From NCBI GenBank assembly GCA_030390025.1, contig CM059432.1, positions 84,446,001-84,510,000 on the forward strand: a DNA stretch of 64,000 nucleotides. The letters are read 5' to 3'. Positions 11,099 through 23,138 of this stretch are shown in pieces. The stretch comes from Squalus acanthias. Taxonomy: Eukaryota. Under the pieces are notes generated by a model. The model was not told the origin of the DNA. It saw only the letters and a program-made list of their open reading frames with translations, and did not search any database. Both the position numbers and the translations under genes were made by a program. Positions within the stretch are counted from its first letter, which is position 1. Each line of letters opens with the position of its first letter.

Positions 11099-11459
11099 AG
11101 TCCTTGGCTTGAAAATGTAATCACAGGTCTCTCCAGGTCGAGATTCAAGGCTCCAATGAACAGGGTGTGGCTGGAGAGCAAGATCGACCCTCCCCTTTAA
11201 GAACTGGCCGGCGCCAGTGTGTCTGTGTTCCATCGCTAACTGACATCACCTGCGCTGCGCCCGCGCTCTGAGTTAGCGCCTCACTCCTCGGCCTTTGCGC
11301 CTTAAGACAGGTGTGCAGCGCCTGATTTAGCGCTCCAATCACCTCCCGGGACATTAAAAGTCAAGTTTGCAGTCAGTGGCGATAATTAGCGCCAGGCGCT
11401 AATCTTTGCGCCCGGCCGATAATTGCGCCCCAAATGGGGTGATACTGAATTTTTCCCCC

Positions 11460-14400
11460 ATTGAGTCATAGAGTCATACAGCACAGAAGGAGGCCATTCA
11501 GCCCATCGAGTCCGTGCTGGCTCTCTGTAGAGCAATCCAGTCAGTCTCATTCCCCTGCTCTATCCCCATAGCCCTGCAAGTTTATTTCCCTCAAGTGCCT
11601 ATCCAGTCTCCCCTTGAAAACATTGAGGCCCAGAAATTGCAGTGTGAGGGTTCGTGCGAGGGTAAGCCCTTCCCGCGATGTCTCACTGCGCGTTGGCTTT
11701 TTCAGTCCCAGCTCGCTGGAACTTCATGTTCCAGCCATCAGCTGCGAGTGCATCGTGATCCCACAGTGCGGAGTTAGTTCGAGTGCACTGTGGGATCACG
11801 TGACTGAGTTACAGCCAATGGCAGCACACCAAGCTCTCATTCATAGAATTCACAGCGGCCATTGAACTGCTGTGAAAACTAGGAATACAACAAGCCCCCA
11901 AAAGAAGAGCTAAACCTCCATTAAATTAAAAAAAAACCCCATCACATAATTAAAATAAGTGTAATTAAATAAATTAACCTTTTTAAACAAAAAATAAATT
12001 TTTGAAAAAATTTTAAATCTTTTAAAATGTTATAAAAATAAACTTACCTGTCTTTAAAGTCGCTACTAAAGATTTACCTGTAAAAAAAAATTCTAAATAC
12101 TACTTAATTATGTACTTACCTGGTTAAAAGTGTCTCCTGCGCTTCCTTTTTTCTTTTCCAGATTCTTCAATACTTACCTGCGTGCGCAAGCGATGAAGTG
12201 CACTGCGTGCGCGCAGCCTGTAGCGCGCACGCGGTGCACTGAGGACCCGCCCCCTTTTCGAAAGATCAATTGCCGGTTTTCAGTGCATGCGCAGTGCATG
12301 CTGAAAACCGGCAATTGAAGTCTGGCTGCGTGAGTGTACACTGTGCGTACTCTCGCGCAGCCGGATCAATTTCTGGGCCTGAGTGTCTCCGCTTCCACCA
12401 CTTCCATCAGCAACGAATTTCAGGTCCTCACCACTCGCTGCGTAAAAATGTTTTTCCTCACATCCCCCCTGTATCTCTTGCTCAAAACCTTAAATCTGTG
12501 TCCCCTAGTCCTTGTACCATCAACTAGTAGGAACAGCCTTTCCCCGTCTAGCTTATCCAAACCTGTCATAATCTTGTACACATCTATCAAATCACCCCTC
12601 AACCTCCTTTGCTCTAATGAAAACAAATCCAGCTTCTCCAACCTGTCCTTGTAGCTAAGATCCCCCATCCCCAGAACAATTCTGGTAAATCTCTTCTGCA
12701 CCCTCTCAAGGGCCTTCACATCCTTCCTAAACTGTGGTGACCAGAACTGGACGCAATACTCCAGTTGTGGCCTAACCAACGCTTTATAAAGGTTCAGCAT
12801 AACTTCTCTACTTTTGTACTCAATACCTCTATTTATGAAGCCTAAGATCCATATGCTTTGCTAACCACTCTCTCAATATGTCCTGCCACCTTCAGGGATC
12901 TATGCACATTAACTCCCAGGTCCCTCTGTCTCTGCACACTCTTTAAAACTGTGCCATTAAGTGTATATTGCCTCTCCCTGTTCCTTCTGCCAAAATGCAT
13001 CACCTCACACTCCTCTGTATTAAATTCCATCCGCCACTTGTCTGCCGGTTCTGCTAGCCTTTCTATGTCCTGTTGCAGTCGATCGGTATCATCATCACTG
13101 TTTGCCACAGCCCCAAGTTTGGTGTCATCGACAAATTTAGAAATTCTACTCTGTATTCCAATATCCAGGTCATTTATATATATCAAAAAAACCAGTGGCC
13201 CCAGCACTGTCTACCATCCTCCAGTCTGAAAAACAGCCATTTACCACAACTCACTGTTTTCTGACCTTAAGCCAATTCCTCATCCAAGCTGCCACTGACC
13301 CACCTATTCCATGAGCCTCAATTTTGTTAACCAGCCTTCTATGTGGTACTTTATCAAACGCCTTCCGATAATCCATGTAGACAACATTCATTGCATTCCC
13401 TTCATCAATCCTCTCTGTTACTTCATCAAAAAATTCAATTAGATTAGTCAAACACGATCTGCCTTTTACAAATCCATGTTGGCTCTCCTTAATTAGCTTA
13501 AACCTTTCCAAGTGCCCGTTAATTTTTTCCTTGATTATTGTTTCTAAAACTTTACCCACGATTGATGTTAAACTGACCGACCTGTAGTTATTACGATTCT
13601 CCTTACACCCTTTCTTGAACAATGGTGTCACATTTGCCACTTTCCAATCCTCAGGCACCTCCCCCGCATCTAGGGAAGATTGGAAAATTATGGCAAGCCC
13701 TTCCGCTATCTCCTCCCCCAATTCCCTTAGCAACCTAGGATGCAAGCCATCTGGACCAGGCGACTTATCCACTCTAAGCATACCCAGCCTTTCTAGTACA
13801 TCCTGTTTATCAATTTTCACCCCTTCCGTTGCTTCTACCTTTTCCACTTCTACCAATATTTTGTTAGTATCCACCTCCTTAGTAAAACCGATACAAAGTA
13901 CTCATTGAGTATTCTAGCCTTACCCTGTGCCTCTAAGCATATATCACCTTCTTTGCCTCTAATAGGCCCCACCCCTCCTCTTACTACCCGCTTACTGTTT
14001 ACATGCCGGTGGAAGATTTTTGGGTTCCCTTTTATGTTAACCGCTATTCTACTCTCATATTCTCTCTTTGCCAATCTTATTTTCACATTCAGTTCCCCTC
14101 TCAACTTATTGTATTTGGTCTGGTTCTCCCTTGAAGAATTCACCTGGCATGCATTATACACCCTCTTTTTTTGTTTCATCATCTTCTCTATCTCCCTCGT
14201 CATCCAAGGAGCCCTTGCTTTGGTTCCCTTACCCTTCCCTCTTGTTGGAATGTACCTAGCCTGTATTTGGAACATCTCCTCCTTGAAGATCATCCATTGT
14301 TTCATTACAGTTTTTCCTATCAGTCTTTGGTTCCATTTTACCCTGGCTAGATCCTGTCACATCCCATTGAAGTTAGCCATATTCCAGTTTAGAAGTTCCA

Positions 14401-14645
14401 CTCTAGATTGTTCCTTGCTCCTCTCCATTGCTAATCTAAATCTTATGATACGATGATCGCTCGTACCCAAGTGTTCTCCCACAGACACTTGGTCGACCTG
14501 GCCCACCTCATTCCCCAGCACCAGATCCAGCAATGCCTCCTTCCTAGTTGGGCCAAGAACATATTGGTCAAGGAAATTCTCCTGAACACATTTCAGAAAT
14601 TCCTTCCCCTCCTTTCCCTTTACCCTAGCATTATCCCAATCGATA
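11460..14645 (-). mobile_element. CR1 LINE, 5'-truncated and degenerate, interrupted by a MITE
   Basis: ORF2 fragments (LDLVLGNE, KSPGPDGLHP, YMDYRKAFDKV, FVDDTK, RPQLEYCVQFWSP); (catagagt)n tail. Confidence 0.92.
11627..12379 (-). mobile_element. Harbinger-type MITE, multi-hairpin family, copy 1
   Basis: Perfect 13-bp TIR ggcccagaaattg / caatttctgggcc; TSD TGA; homologous to 34621-35269 and 49628-50393. Confidence 0.88.
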
Positions 14646-14796
14646 TGTATAACTGGATAAAAATGTAAAAATAAGAATAGTAAATGACCACATTTACAAT
14701 TAGGAGTGAGTTGCATTTTGGTGAAATACTCTTCTGATGGACAAATTCATCCACCTGGCGGAAATGTCACACTTCTTAACTCAGATTGAACAGGCT

Positions 14797-15050
14797 TTTG
14801 GAGCAGTGGTAGCATTCTCGCCTCTGGGCCCTAAGATGCAGAGTTCAAACCCCACTCCAAACAGTCCCGGCGAGTGGAGTTGGAGTTCCGGCTTTGAATT
14901 CTGGGTTGACATCCAGCAGGATACACTTGTCCGGTGGGTGTGGGTGCCCCCCCCCCCCACCCCCACCCCTCATCGTGCAGGTTGTGGGAGTCCATAAAAC
15001 TCTCCCGTCGTATAGAACCAACCACCCTCTCGGCTGGTATAAAGATGGTT
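14797..15050 (+). mobile_element. tRNA-derived SINE-like element
   Basis: A-box-like TGGAGCAGTGG and B-box-like GTTCAAACC; head resembles the SINE at 63553; 3' limit uncertain. Confidence 0.5.
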
Positions 15051-15474
15051 ACAGTCAAGGAAGAAGTGTTAATGTGGCCAGTCAGACTGTTAATCAGCCT
15101 GTGAATTCTTCCACTACTTCACACTGTTCCCAAAGGGAACAGTGAGAAGACACAAAAAGACTCAGATTGAACAGCACTAGCAAAATGAATCCTTTGTTAG
15201 TCCTTTAAAATTGACTAATCACACCAATACAAATAATTCTAATCCACAATTTACTTTGCTGGTGCCATCAAGACCTGGAAAAATTGTAGGCATAAAAGAG
15301 TGAGAAAACTTACAAACTCAATTAAACATGTGGAGCTGCTTATTTTTCTGAGTGAGATACAACAAAAGAGGTCAATTTTAAGTGCACAATAGGTGAGTCT
15401 CACTGAGTGAGACTTCATAGATCTAGATACTAGATCATGTAATATGTTCAGATGATAATGAGAAATCTACCCAC

Positions 15475-15610
15475 TTCTTTGACCAAGCCTTTGGACACCA
15501 CTTCTAATCGTTGCCTCGTTGACTTGGATTATGTTTTTCCTTACGTCTTTGTGAAATGCCTTGGGATGTTTTTCTACATTCAAAAGTGCTATATAAATGC
15601 AAATTGGTGT
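15475..15610 (+). mobile_element. L2-type LINE 3' tail fragment
   Basis: ctttgaccaagcctttgg...gtgaaatgccttgggatgtttttctac...gtgctatataaatgca, similar to 63627-63760. Confidence 0.6.
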
Positions 15611-16275
15611 TATAATGACAATCTATAGCATAACTTTACAACTTCCAATTGTGCCCTGTGAATAGTCATTGCGATTCCAGAGGAAACTCAGCTAATTATG
15701 CCTTTTCATGTCCCATATGAAGGTCACTTGACGTAAAAGAACAATCCATTAGGTGTAGATTTCATGCCAGAACAAATTTGTAAATAAAATGTGTAAAGAA
15801 GAGGCAAATTTCCTTTCCAATATTAACTTCTCAGCAATCCTATCATTGCCTCTGTGACATTACTTGCCATAGCAAGCCACAGCACATGCCATGGTTTCGA
15901 CAAAGGGGAGGCAACCTTTAGAGAACTTACAGTGTATACTGGGTCATTTAATTGAAACTCACATCCATATCCTGAATCCAAGCACTGGAGTCTCCTACAG
16001 GATAAACAGAGCAAAATGGAACTTCTGATCTAAACTAAACTTTTACACACCTACTGTCAGGTTACGTTTTTGTAGGAAATAGCAATGCGACCACTGCCAA
16101 TTGCATTCAACATGAACATATATACATAATGAACCACCATGAGACTATGGAATCACAAGAGGCAGAGGGCAATTGTTTACCAATTGGGGGCATTAGCCCT
16201 CTTAAAGCAGAATGTAAAATTTTAATTGAAAAACATCGCAATGATATTCAGATCATCTGAGTTCCAGTTAGATAC

Positions 16276-16369
16276 AAAAGCAAAATACTGCGGATGCTGG
16301 AAATCTGAAATAAAAACAGAAAATGTTGGAAATATTCAGCAGGTCAGGCAGCATCTGTAGAGAGAGAAA
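16276..16369 (-). mobile_element. Short solo Penelope pLTR 3' fragment
   Basis: Reverse complement of the pLTR end at ~41033-41130; flanked by 12-bp direct repeat ccagttagatac (16264-16275, 16370-16381). Confidence 0.8.
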
Positions 16370-16444
16370 CCAGTTAGATACGCTTTTACAATCACATAGA
16401 ATTACATTTAAGATTTATTGCTAATAAATATGGTAAAGGTAATT

Positions 16445-16713
16445 ATGCATAGTTACACCACAGAAACAGCCCATTCAGCCCAATCAGTCCATGCCACCTC
16501 CACGTTTACCCACCACACGAGCTAATAGTTCCAATCACATTTACCACTCTGTTCCCATATCCCTTAAATCCCCTTTCCTTCATCCACTTATCCAATCTGA
16601 TCTTGAATGTTGACATAATTTCCACCTCAAACACTAACCCTGGAAGTGAATTCCACTGCCTCACAATTCTGTAAAGACATTTTTCCTGTCCTCTGCTATA
16701 AACCTGTTACATG
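16445..16713 (-). mobile_element. Old CR1 3' fragment, cut by the Tigger element
   Basis: cacagaaacagcccattcagccca hairpin tail and C-terminal ORF2-like sequence. Confidence 0.6.
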
Positions 16714-16780
16714 TACAGGAAACTTTCGTTTATCCGGCACCCAAATATCCGGAATTCTCGCTTAACCGGCAAAAATCATC

Positions 16781-16889
16781 CTCCGAAAACTCCTCTCAAA
16801 TAACCGGCAATGTTGCCGAGTCGCAGTCGAGTCTCCGCGAATGCCGAGTACTCCGAAAACTCCTCTCAAATAACCGGCAATGTTGCCGA
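16781..16889. repeat. 39-bp direct repeat in the Tigger left subterminal region
   Basis: ctccgaaaactcctctcaaataaccggcaatgttgccga at 16781 and 16851. Confidence 0.9.
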
Positions 16890-17029
16890 TCCCGAGTCCG
16901 AGTCCGAGTCCGCAAACGGCGATTTAGTCAGTAGGGGTACTTTTCAAAAGTGCCACTACTCGGCCTCCTGGCGCTGTCGGAAGTCCAAAACATTGCAGTA
17001 GCAGGTGTAGATTCTCCCGCGCTGCCTGG

Positions 17030-17325
17030 AGTCTCTTCTGATCGGCCATTTTGCTGGGTGTCTCCCACAATGCTGGTACTGTAGTCTCTTCTGATACACC
17101 ATTTTGCTGTGTGTCTCCCACGCTGCTGGTACTGTAGTCTCTTCTGATACACCATTTTGCTGTGTGTCTCCCACGCTGCTGGTACTGTAGTCTCTTCTGA
17201 TACACCATTTTGCTGTGTGTCTCCCACGCTGCTGGTACTGTAGTCTCTTCTGATACACCATTTTACTGTGTGTCTGCCACGCTGCTGGTAGTCTCTTCCT
17301 AGCCACCATTGTTCTGTGTGTCTTT
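17030..17325. repeat. 53-bp minisatellite (~5.5 copies) upstream of the Tigger ATG
   Basis: CCATTTT recurs at 17046, 17099, 17152, 17205 and 17258. Confidence 0.92.
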
Positions 17326-17362
17326 CCATCTTCATCGGCAATTATCTCCTCCATCTTGCATT

Positions 17363-19129
17363 ATGGAATTCCCAAAAGCTGGTCCAAGCAAAAGGAAGAG
17401 AGTGGTCTTAACTTTAAAACAGAAAATCGAGATATGCCAACGACTAGAAAGGGGAGAGAAGCGTATCAACATTATGAATGAATTCAAAATCGGTTCGTCA
17501 ACAATCTACGACATCAAATCGCAGAAGGATAAGCTGCTCAAGTTTTATTCAAGCTCGGAGACATCTAAGAGTGTAGAGAAACGGCGTACGCTTCATAAGC
17601 CTAAGCTTGAAGAGCTGGATACCGTGCTTTATGAATGGTTTTCTCTTAAGCGTTCAGAGGGTGTTCCAATTTCCGGACCCATGCTAATCGAGAAAGCGAA
17701 GGATTTCTATGAAAGGATGGAGCTCACTGACAAGTGTGCTTTCTCCGATGGATGGCTAACGTGCTTCAAGTTACGGCACGGGATATGATGACTCGATATT
17801 TCCGGGGAGAAGAAATCAGCTGATTACGACGCCGCAGAAGAATACTGCAATTATTTCAATCGGATTGTGCAGCAACATGATTTGTCGCCAGCACAGATAT
17901 ACAATGCCGATGAAACTGGCTTGTTTTGGAGGTTTTTGCCAGAATTAACGCTTGCTGGGGCTAGTGAGGCTAATGCTTCAGGTTACAAGAAAAATAAAGA
18001 TCGTGTAACCGTGCTAACATGTGCGAACGCTGCTGGATCACACCGGGTTAAGCTTCTTGTTATCAGGAAGTATAAAAATCCCCGTGCATTTAAAAATGTG
18101 AGGCACTTACCTGTTGAGTACAAAGCTCAAAAAGATGCTTGGATGGATAAGGAAATCTTCTCCGATTGGTTCCATCATATTTTTGTTCCATCTGTGAGGG
18201 AACATTTCCGCAAAATAGGGAAACCTGAAGATAGCAAATGCATTTTATTGCTTGATAATTGCAGAGCCCATCCGCATGAATCCCAGTTGGTTTCGGGAAA
18301 TATTTTCACCATTTATTTGCCACCAAATGTAACTTCTCTCATCCAACCCATGGACCAGGGCGTTATCCAAAATCTGAAGTGTCATTACAAGAAAGACTTC
18401 CTACGTAAACTGATAAGCCAAGATGACAATATTCAAGAATTGCAGAAGGAATACAATATTAAAGATGCCATCTATAATGTTGCATGTTCCTGGAAATTGG
18501 TGAAAGGTCACACTCTGAGGCAAGCCTGGCGCAAATTGTGGCCTTCTGTAATGTTTGCTGAAGGTTCTTCTTCAGAGGAGGAATTTCATGGGTTCAGTGT
18601 TCGTCCCAAGAAGAGTACAATAATGGAAATGGCTGGAATGGTGAAAAATGCAGGCCCAGCAAACCCTCTACGTCACCTCAGTGAAAGTGATATCGAGCAG
18701 TGGGTTGATGCAGATAGAGAAGTTGGTGTTGTGCATATGCTAAGTGATGATGAAATAATTGAGAATGTTTTGAATCCAAAGAAAGAAAAGGAAAGTGAGA
18801 TGGAAAGTGAAGAGGATGAGATTTCTGAAGAAGAGAAGATTTCTTGGGCTAAAGCTGCAGAAGGATTTTCTACAATCCTCAAATTTGCTGAAAGGCAGAA
18901 TTGCTACTCTGCACAAGAAGTTATGCAACTCCATATTCTGCATTCCACCTTTCTACAGAAAAGGCAAGAGTCCACTAAGCAAACCGATATCCGCAACATG
19001 TTTAAGAAAGCTTCTAAAAGAGTCGCAGCAGCGGAAATGCCTGAAGAATCTGTGGCATCGGTGGAACTGCGTGATCCTGATGACCCAGTTGGCACGGATA
19101 TTTCTGATGAACCAGATGACTCGGAATAA
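17363..19129 (+). pseudogene. Tigger/pogo transposase (CENP-B-type HTH + DD32D), 588 codons with two adjacent in-frame stops
   Basis: [35 protein letters not shown]. Both ORF-track pieces are in one frame, separated by TGATGA at 17786-17791. Confidence 0.9.
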
Positions 19130-20503
19130 GTGTACAGTCAACTACAGTACTGTAGACAGTCGTTTTGAAGTTTTGTTTTACTGTTAAGTAATTAAAGAGT
19201 TATGGATTATCCTCAACTGGCAGTACTGTACTTAATCAAGCATCTTCCACTATCCATTTAACACAACATTCTGTAGGTGAGTACCCAAATACTGTATACT
19301 GCACATTTCTTGATTTATTTATTTTTCTTTGTTAAAAATAGCCTCGGTAGATATAACTCTCCGTTATCCGGTACTTTCGATAAACCGGCACCACGCCGGT
19401 CCCGTCGGTGTCGGTTAATAAAGAGTTTCCTGTAGTAAAATACGGAACTAAAAAGTTTCATAGTTAATAGTGTTTTGAGAAGAAAGCCACTCATGACTTT
19501 TCAACAAATATTATTGTTTAAATTGTGATCGCAATGCCTTTTTTTATTTTTGCCTGAAGGCAATGACCTACTCGCAAGAACTTGACACTTGAATCAGCTC
19601 TGAAGCTCAAGCTATTCAACTGTATCCTGGATTTGTAGGTAAAATTTGTCTTGCTGCAGTCTGTTATGTTACTGCAGACATTCTCACAGGACATCAGCCG
19701 ATAATGTGTTGTGTCTGACTTTCAATGTACGGGCGCCAGCATTTAGCTCAAAAACGCTTCAACAAAAATTCAACGTTAACCACAACAGTGTCTCACATTT
19801 TTAAACCTGTGTGCACAAGAATCATGTAGTGGTTTTACAGAGTTTCTGACAATGTAACGTGGAACTTTAGTCTTGAAATTAAATTTCTTAATTGGTACAA
19901 AAATCAGAGAAATATTGGTAGAAAACTTTAAACATTTCTAACTCGAAACAAGTGTAAAACAGGGCAGGATACAATTTTTTTATGCTGGTACTAAAAATAC
20001 TTGACTTAAGAAGGACAAGGACATGGTGTGCACGTGACACATCAAGTGCAAGTAACAGACATCACGACATCAGAGTTGCATAAGCCCCACCTCAGCAGCA
20101 CTAACCGACCACCTTGGTGCTGGTTTAATGCCACCATTTTTCAAAGAAAATCAATTGAAGTTGGCACCATTGAGGCAAAGGCTTGAATTACCGTTGCACC
20201 ATTCACAACGTGTTATTCCGTAAGTTATAAAACTCAAATTTTAGCTGAGTAGAGGGTCCTTAACCTACTGTTGAGATGTGTAGCCATTGCTTCCCAAAGA
20301 ATGCCAGAATTAAAACAGTGGCTGTGTTGCATAAGTGAACTTTTAAGTATAAGTAAAGTAAAATTTATGTACACAAGCAACAGCTTAATATTGCTCTGTG
20401 CCACACAGTGCAATCGTATCTTTGCACTTTTGCACATGTGTTCATTGTTAGAAAATATTGGTGCTGATCCTCATTCTAATAGCAAGTACAGAATTAAATC
20501 AAT

Positions 20504-20964
20504 GGGATAGAATTTCTGTGAGGGTTCTCTGACTTCCCACTGTAACTGTGGCATCAGTGCCCACGAAACTGTCAGATTGTCGTAAAAACCCAACTGGTTT
20601 ATTAACATCCTTTAGAGAAGGAAGCCTGCCGTTCTTACCCAGTCTGGCCCATATGTGACTCCAGTCCCACACCAACGTGGTTGACTCTTAACTGCCCTGT
20701 GAAGTGGCCTAGCAAGCCATTCTGTTGTATCAAACCACTACAAACATGGGGTGCAGCGGTTCAGGAAGACCACCCCTTCAGGGCAATTAGGGATGGAAAA
20801 TAAATGGTGGCTTTGCCAGCGCTGCCCACATCCTGTAATGAATTAAAAAAAACCCTGGAGCAACACTATAAATGGCCATTTACACCGTTTCTCCGGGGTT
20901 TCCACCGATCTTCCACTAAAGTTAAGGCGGGAAATCAGGAGAATCCCCATAGAAATTGCTGGCG
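20504..20964. mobile_element. Short degenerate MITE containing a SINE insertion
   Basis: Inverted ends aatttctgtgagggttctctg / caggagaatccccatagaaatt; AAT on both flanks. Confidence 0.5.
20567..20853 (+). mobile_element. SINE 3' portion with LINE-derived tail
   Basis: tgtgactccagtcccac...gggcaattagggatgg...aataaa...poly(A); related copy on the minus strand at 54475-54862. Confidence 0.7.
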
Positions 20965-21639
20965 AATATATTGTAGCTTTAATTTGTGTTGTTATAATTT
21001 CATGAAATACCTTTCTGTGATCATCTCAAGACACAGACATTGACAGCCCTGTTGTTAGGAAAATGTTTTTATTTGTTGATAAATATCCAATATGACAATG
21101 TTATTCACAGTCCAATGAAGGCCAGAATATTCACATTGTAGAGCGTGCGGGTTTGGGAGCGGGTAGGTAGTTAAAAGCACTGAAATTGACAGCGCACCGG
21201 GAACTCGCCATCATCCACTGACTTCCGTATTTAACTATGGCACGTTTCGAAGTGCGCTATGGACCCGCTCGGGAGAGGCGGGCGACTTTATTGAGGTAGT
21301 TAACTGCTCGTTGAGAGACCCTTAAGAGGCTTTTTAACATAAGGTTTCACTTTAACTGGTTGCACACAGGATTGCCCCTCAGGAAGCTTGCCTATGAAGG
21401 CAATGCAGGAGCTCAGTGGTCATTGTGCTACTTCATTAAGTGACAGCTGAAAAAAGCACATAAATACACACACCTTACACCTGTTTCCTCTGCCCATTTT
21501 GTGCAGAGACTTTGCTTTCAGGAGTTTGCAGGTGATTTCTGCAACCTCGGAAGCCACTCTCACCACATTGCAAGTCACTCTCACTACATTGGAGAATTGT
21601 GCCTCTGATCTCCACTTTACCTGCCATCTATCAGATCAG

Positions 21640-22837
21640 CATGGATCAGATTCGGACCAAGATGAGCCCCAGCACCAACAACAGCAGCCACAACACCAGC
21701 AGCAGCAACAACATCAGCAGCCTTCTCCTCAACAACCTGATGCTCCACAGGAGAGAGGGGGTCAGCACAGGGGTGCATTGCGCCGGAGGCGATAACTCCA
21801 ACACAGGGTATACAGGCAGAGGATGAGCTTTCTGGGGATGACGGAACAGCAGTGCTTCAGGAGGCTCAGGCTATTGTGCCAGGGCATGGCAGACATTTGT
21901 AACTTGCTGGAACAAGACCTGCTGCCCAGAGGACCTGGTGGACACTCCTTACCAGTGGCTGTCAAAGTCACTACCGCCCTCAACTTCTTCGCCTCAGGCT
22001 CCTTCCAGGGATCTGCAGCAGACATTTGAAGGATCTCGCAGTCAGCCGCCCACAAATGCATCACCCAGGTCACCGATGCCATGTTTCACAAGTCATCCAA
22101 TTATGTAAACTTTGCCACTGATGAAGCCAGTGTTACTGAGCGGGCGCTTGGCTTTGTGGCTCTGGCTGAATTCCCACAGGTGCAGGGCGTCATCGACTGC
22201 ACACATGTGGCCATGAAGGCACCCCATCATCACCCAGGAGTGTTTGTGAACCGCAAGGGATTCCACTCCCTCAATGTGCAGCTCGTCTGCAACCAAAAAA
22301 AAGATAATCATGAACATGTGTGCCAGATTCCCAGGGAGCTGTCATGACTCTTTCACGCTGCGCCAGTCCACCCTCCCTCAGCTCTTTGCACCTCCGAACA
22401 GGCTTACCGGCTGGCTGCTTGGAGACAAGGGCTATCCACTGAAGACGTGGCTCATGACATCCTTGAGGAGGCGAAGCAATGAGGATGAGGAGCACTATAA
22501 TGAAAGCCACCTGTTGACCTGATGTGTCATACAGCAAGCAATTGGCATGCTGAAGATGCACTTCAAATGCCTTGACAGATCTGGAGGAGCCCTTCAGTAT
22601 GCACCAGCCAGGGTCTCCAGACTCATTGTAGTATGCTGCACGCTGCACAACAGAGTGCAGCAGTGAGGATTGGAGCTCCAGGAGGAGCAAGGCGCAGAGT
22701 GCATAGCCTCTTCAGAGGAGGAGGAGGAACAGGTGGAACACGAGGAGGAGGAACCTGAGGTGGAGATGGCACCAGCAATGGTGCACATTGCTGCCCGGGA
22801 GGCCCAGAATAGCCTCATAATGGCCCAATTTACTTAA
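21640..22837 (+). pseudogene. Harbinger transposase pseudogene
   Basis: [48 protein letters not shown]; several stops and frameshifts; start approximate. Confidence 0.9.
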
Positions 22838-23138
22838 GTTGCACCAGTGCACTCATCTGGCTTCCAGATGCTGTACCAACTCCCCCCCCCACCCCCCCAC
22901 CAACACCACAAAGCAATCCTAAAATGACCAAATCATTTCTGTAAAACAAACCCCCATTACTCAAGGTTAAGTAACGTCTCACCATTCACTCCAAGTGACA
23001 AGGCCACTTCCCAGGTAGCAGGCAAAAATGGACAAGAGGGGAAAGTAGTGCAAAGAAATAAATTTATGTGGGTCATAAATAGAACTGAAGCTTAACACTA
23101 ACATTTTGGGAAATACCCATGTGCGTACCCTTGTGCTT

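Larger units (their letters stand above)
7308..11459 (+). mobile_element. Full-length, apparently autonomous PIF/Harbinger DNA transposon
   Basis: 15-bp TIRs gggctaaaaattcag / ctgaatttttccccc; convergent transposase and Myb/SANT genes; subterminal TTAGCGCC repeats; inserted in a CR1 (catagagt)n tail. Confidence 0.93.
16716..19432 (+). mobile_element. Full-length Tigger/pogo DNA transposon
   Basis: Imperfect ~26-bp TIRs starting CAGGAAACT, TA on both flanks, subterminal ta(a/t)ccggca repeats, transposase ORF. Confidence 0.92.

Noticed and set aside
12170..12181. U1 snRNA gene (ATACTTACCTG)
   Set aside because: The match stops after 11 nt; it is the complement of a consensus splice donor inside a MITE.
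14797..14870. Functional tRNA gene
   Set aside because: A and B boxes are present but there is no convincing cloverleaf; it resembles the SINE heads elsewhere in the window.
17030..17325. CRISPR-like array
   Set aside because: Units are contiguous near-identical 53-mers with no unique spacers, inside a eukaryotic transposon, and no cas genes are present.
17363..19129. Host TIGD/JRK gene, or selenocysteine/readthrough recoding of the TGA codons
   Set aside because: TIRs and TA TSD are present, and CpG decay of CGA-CGA explains the stops more simply.
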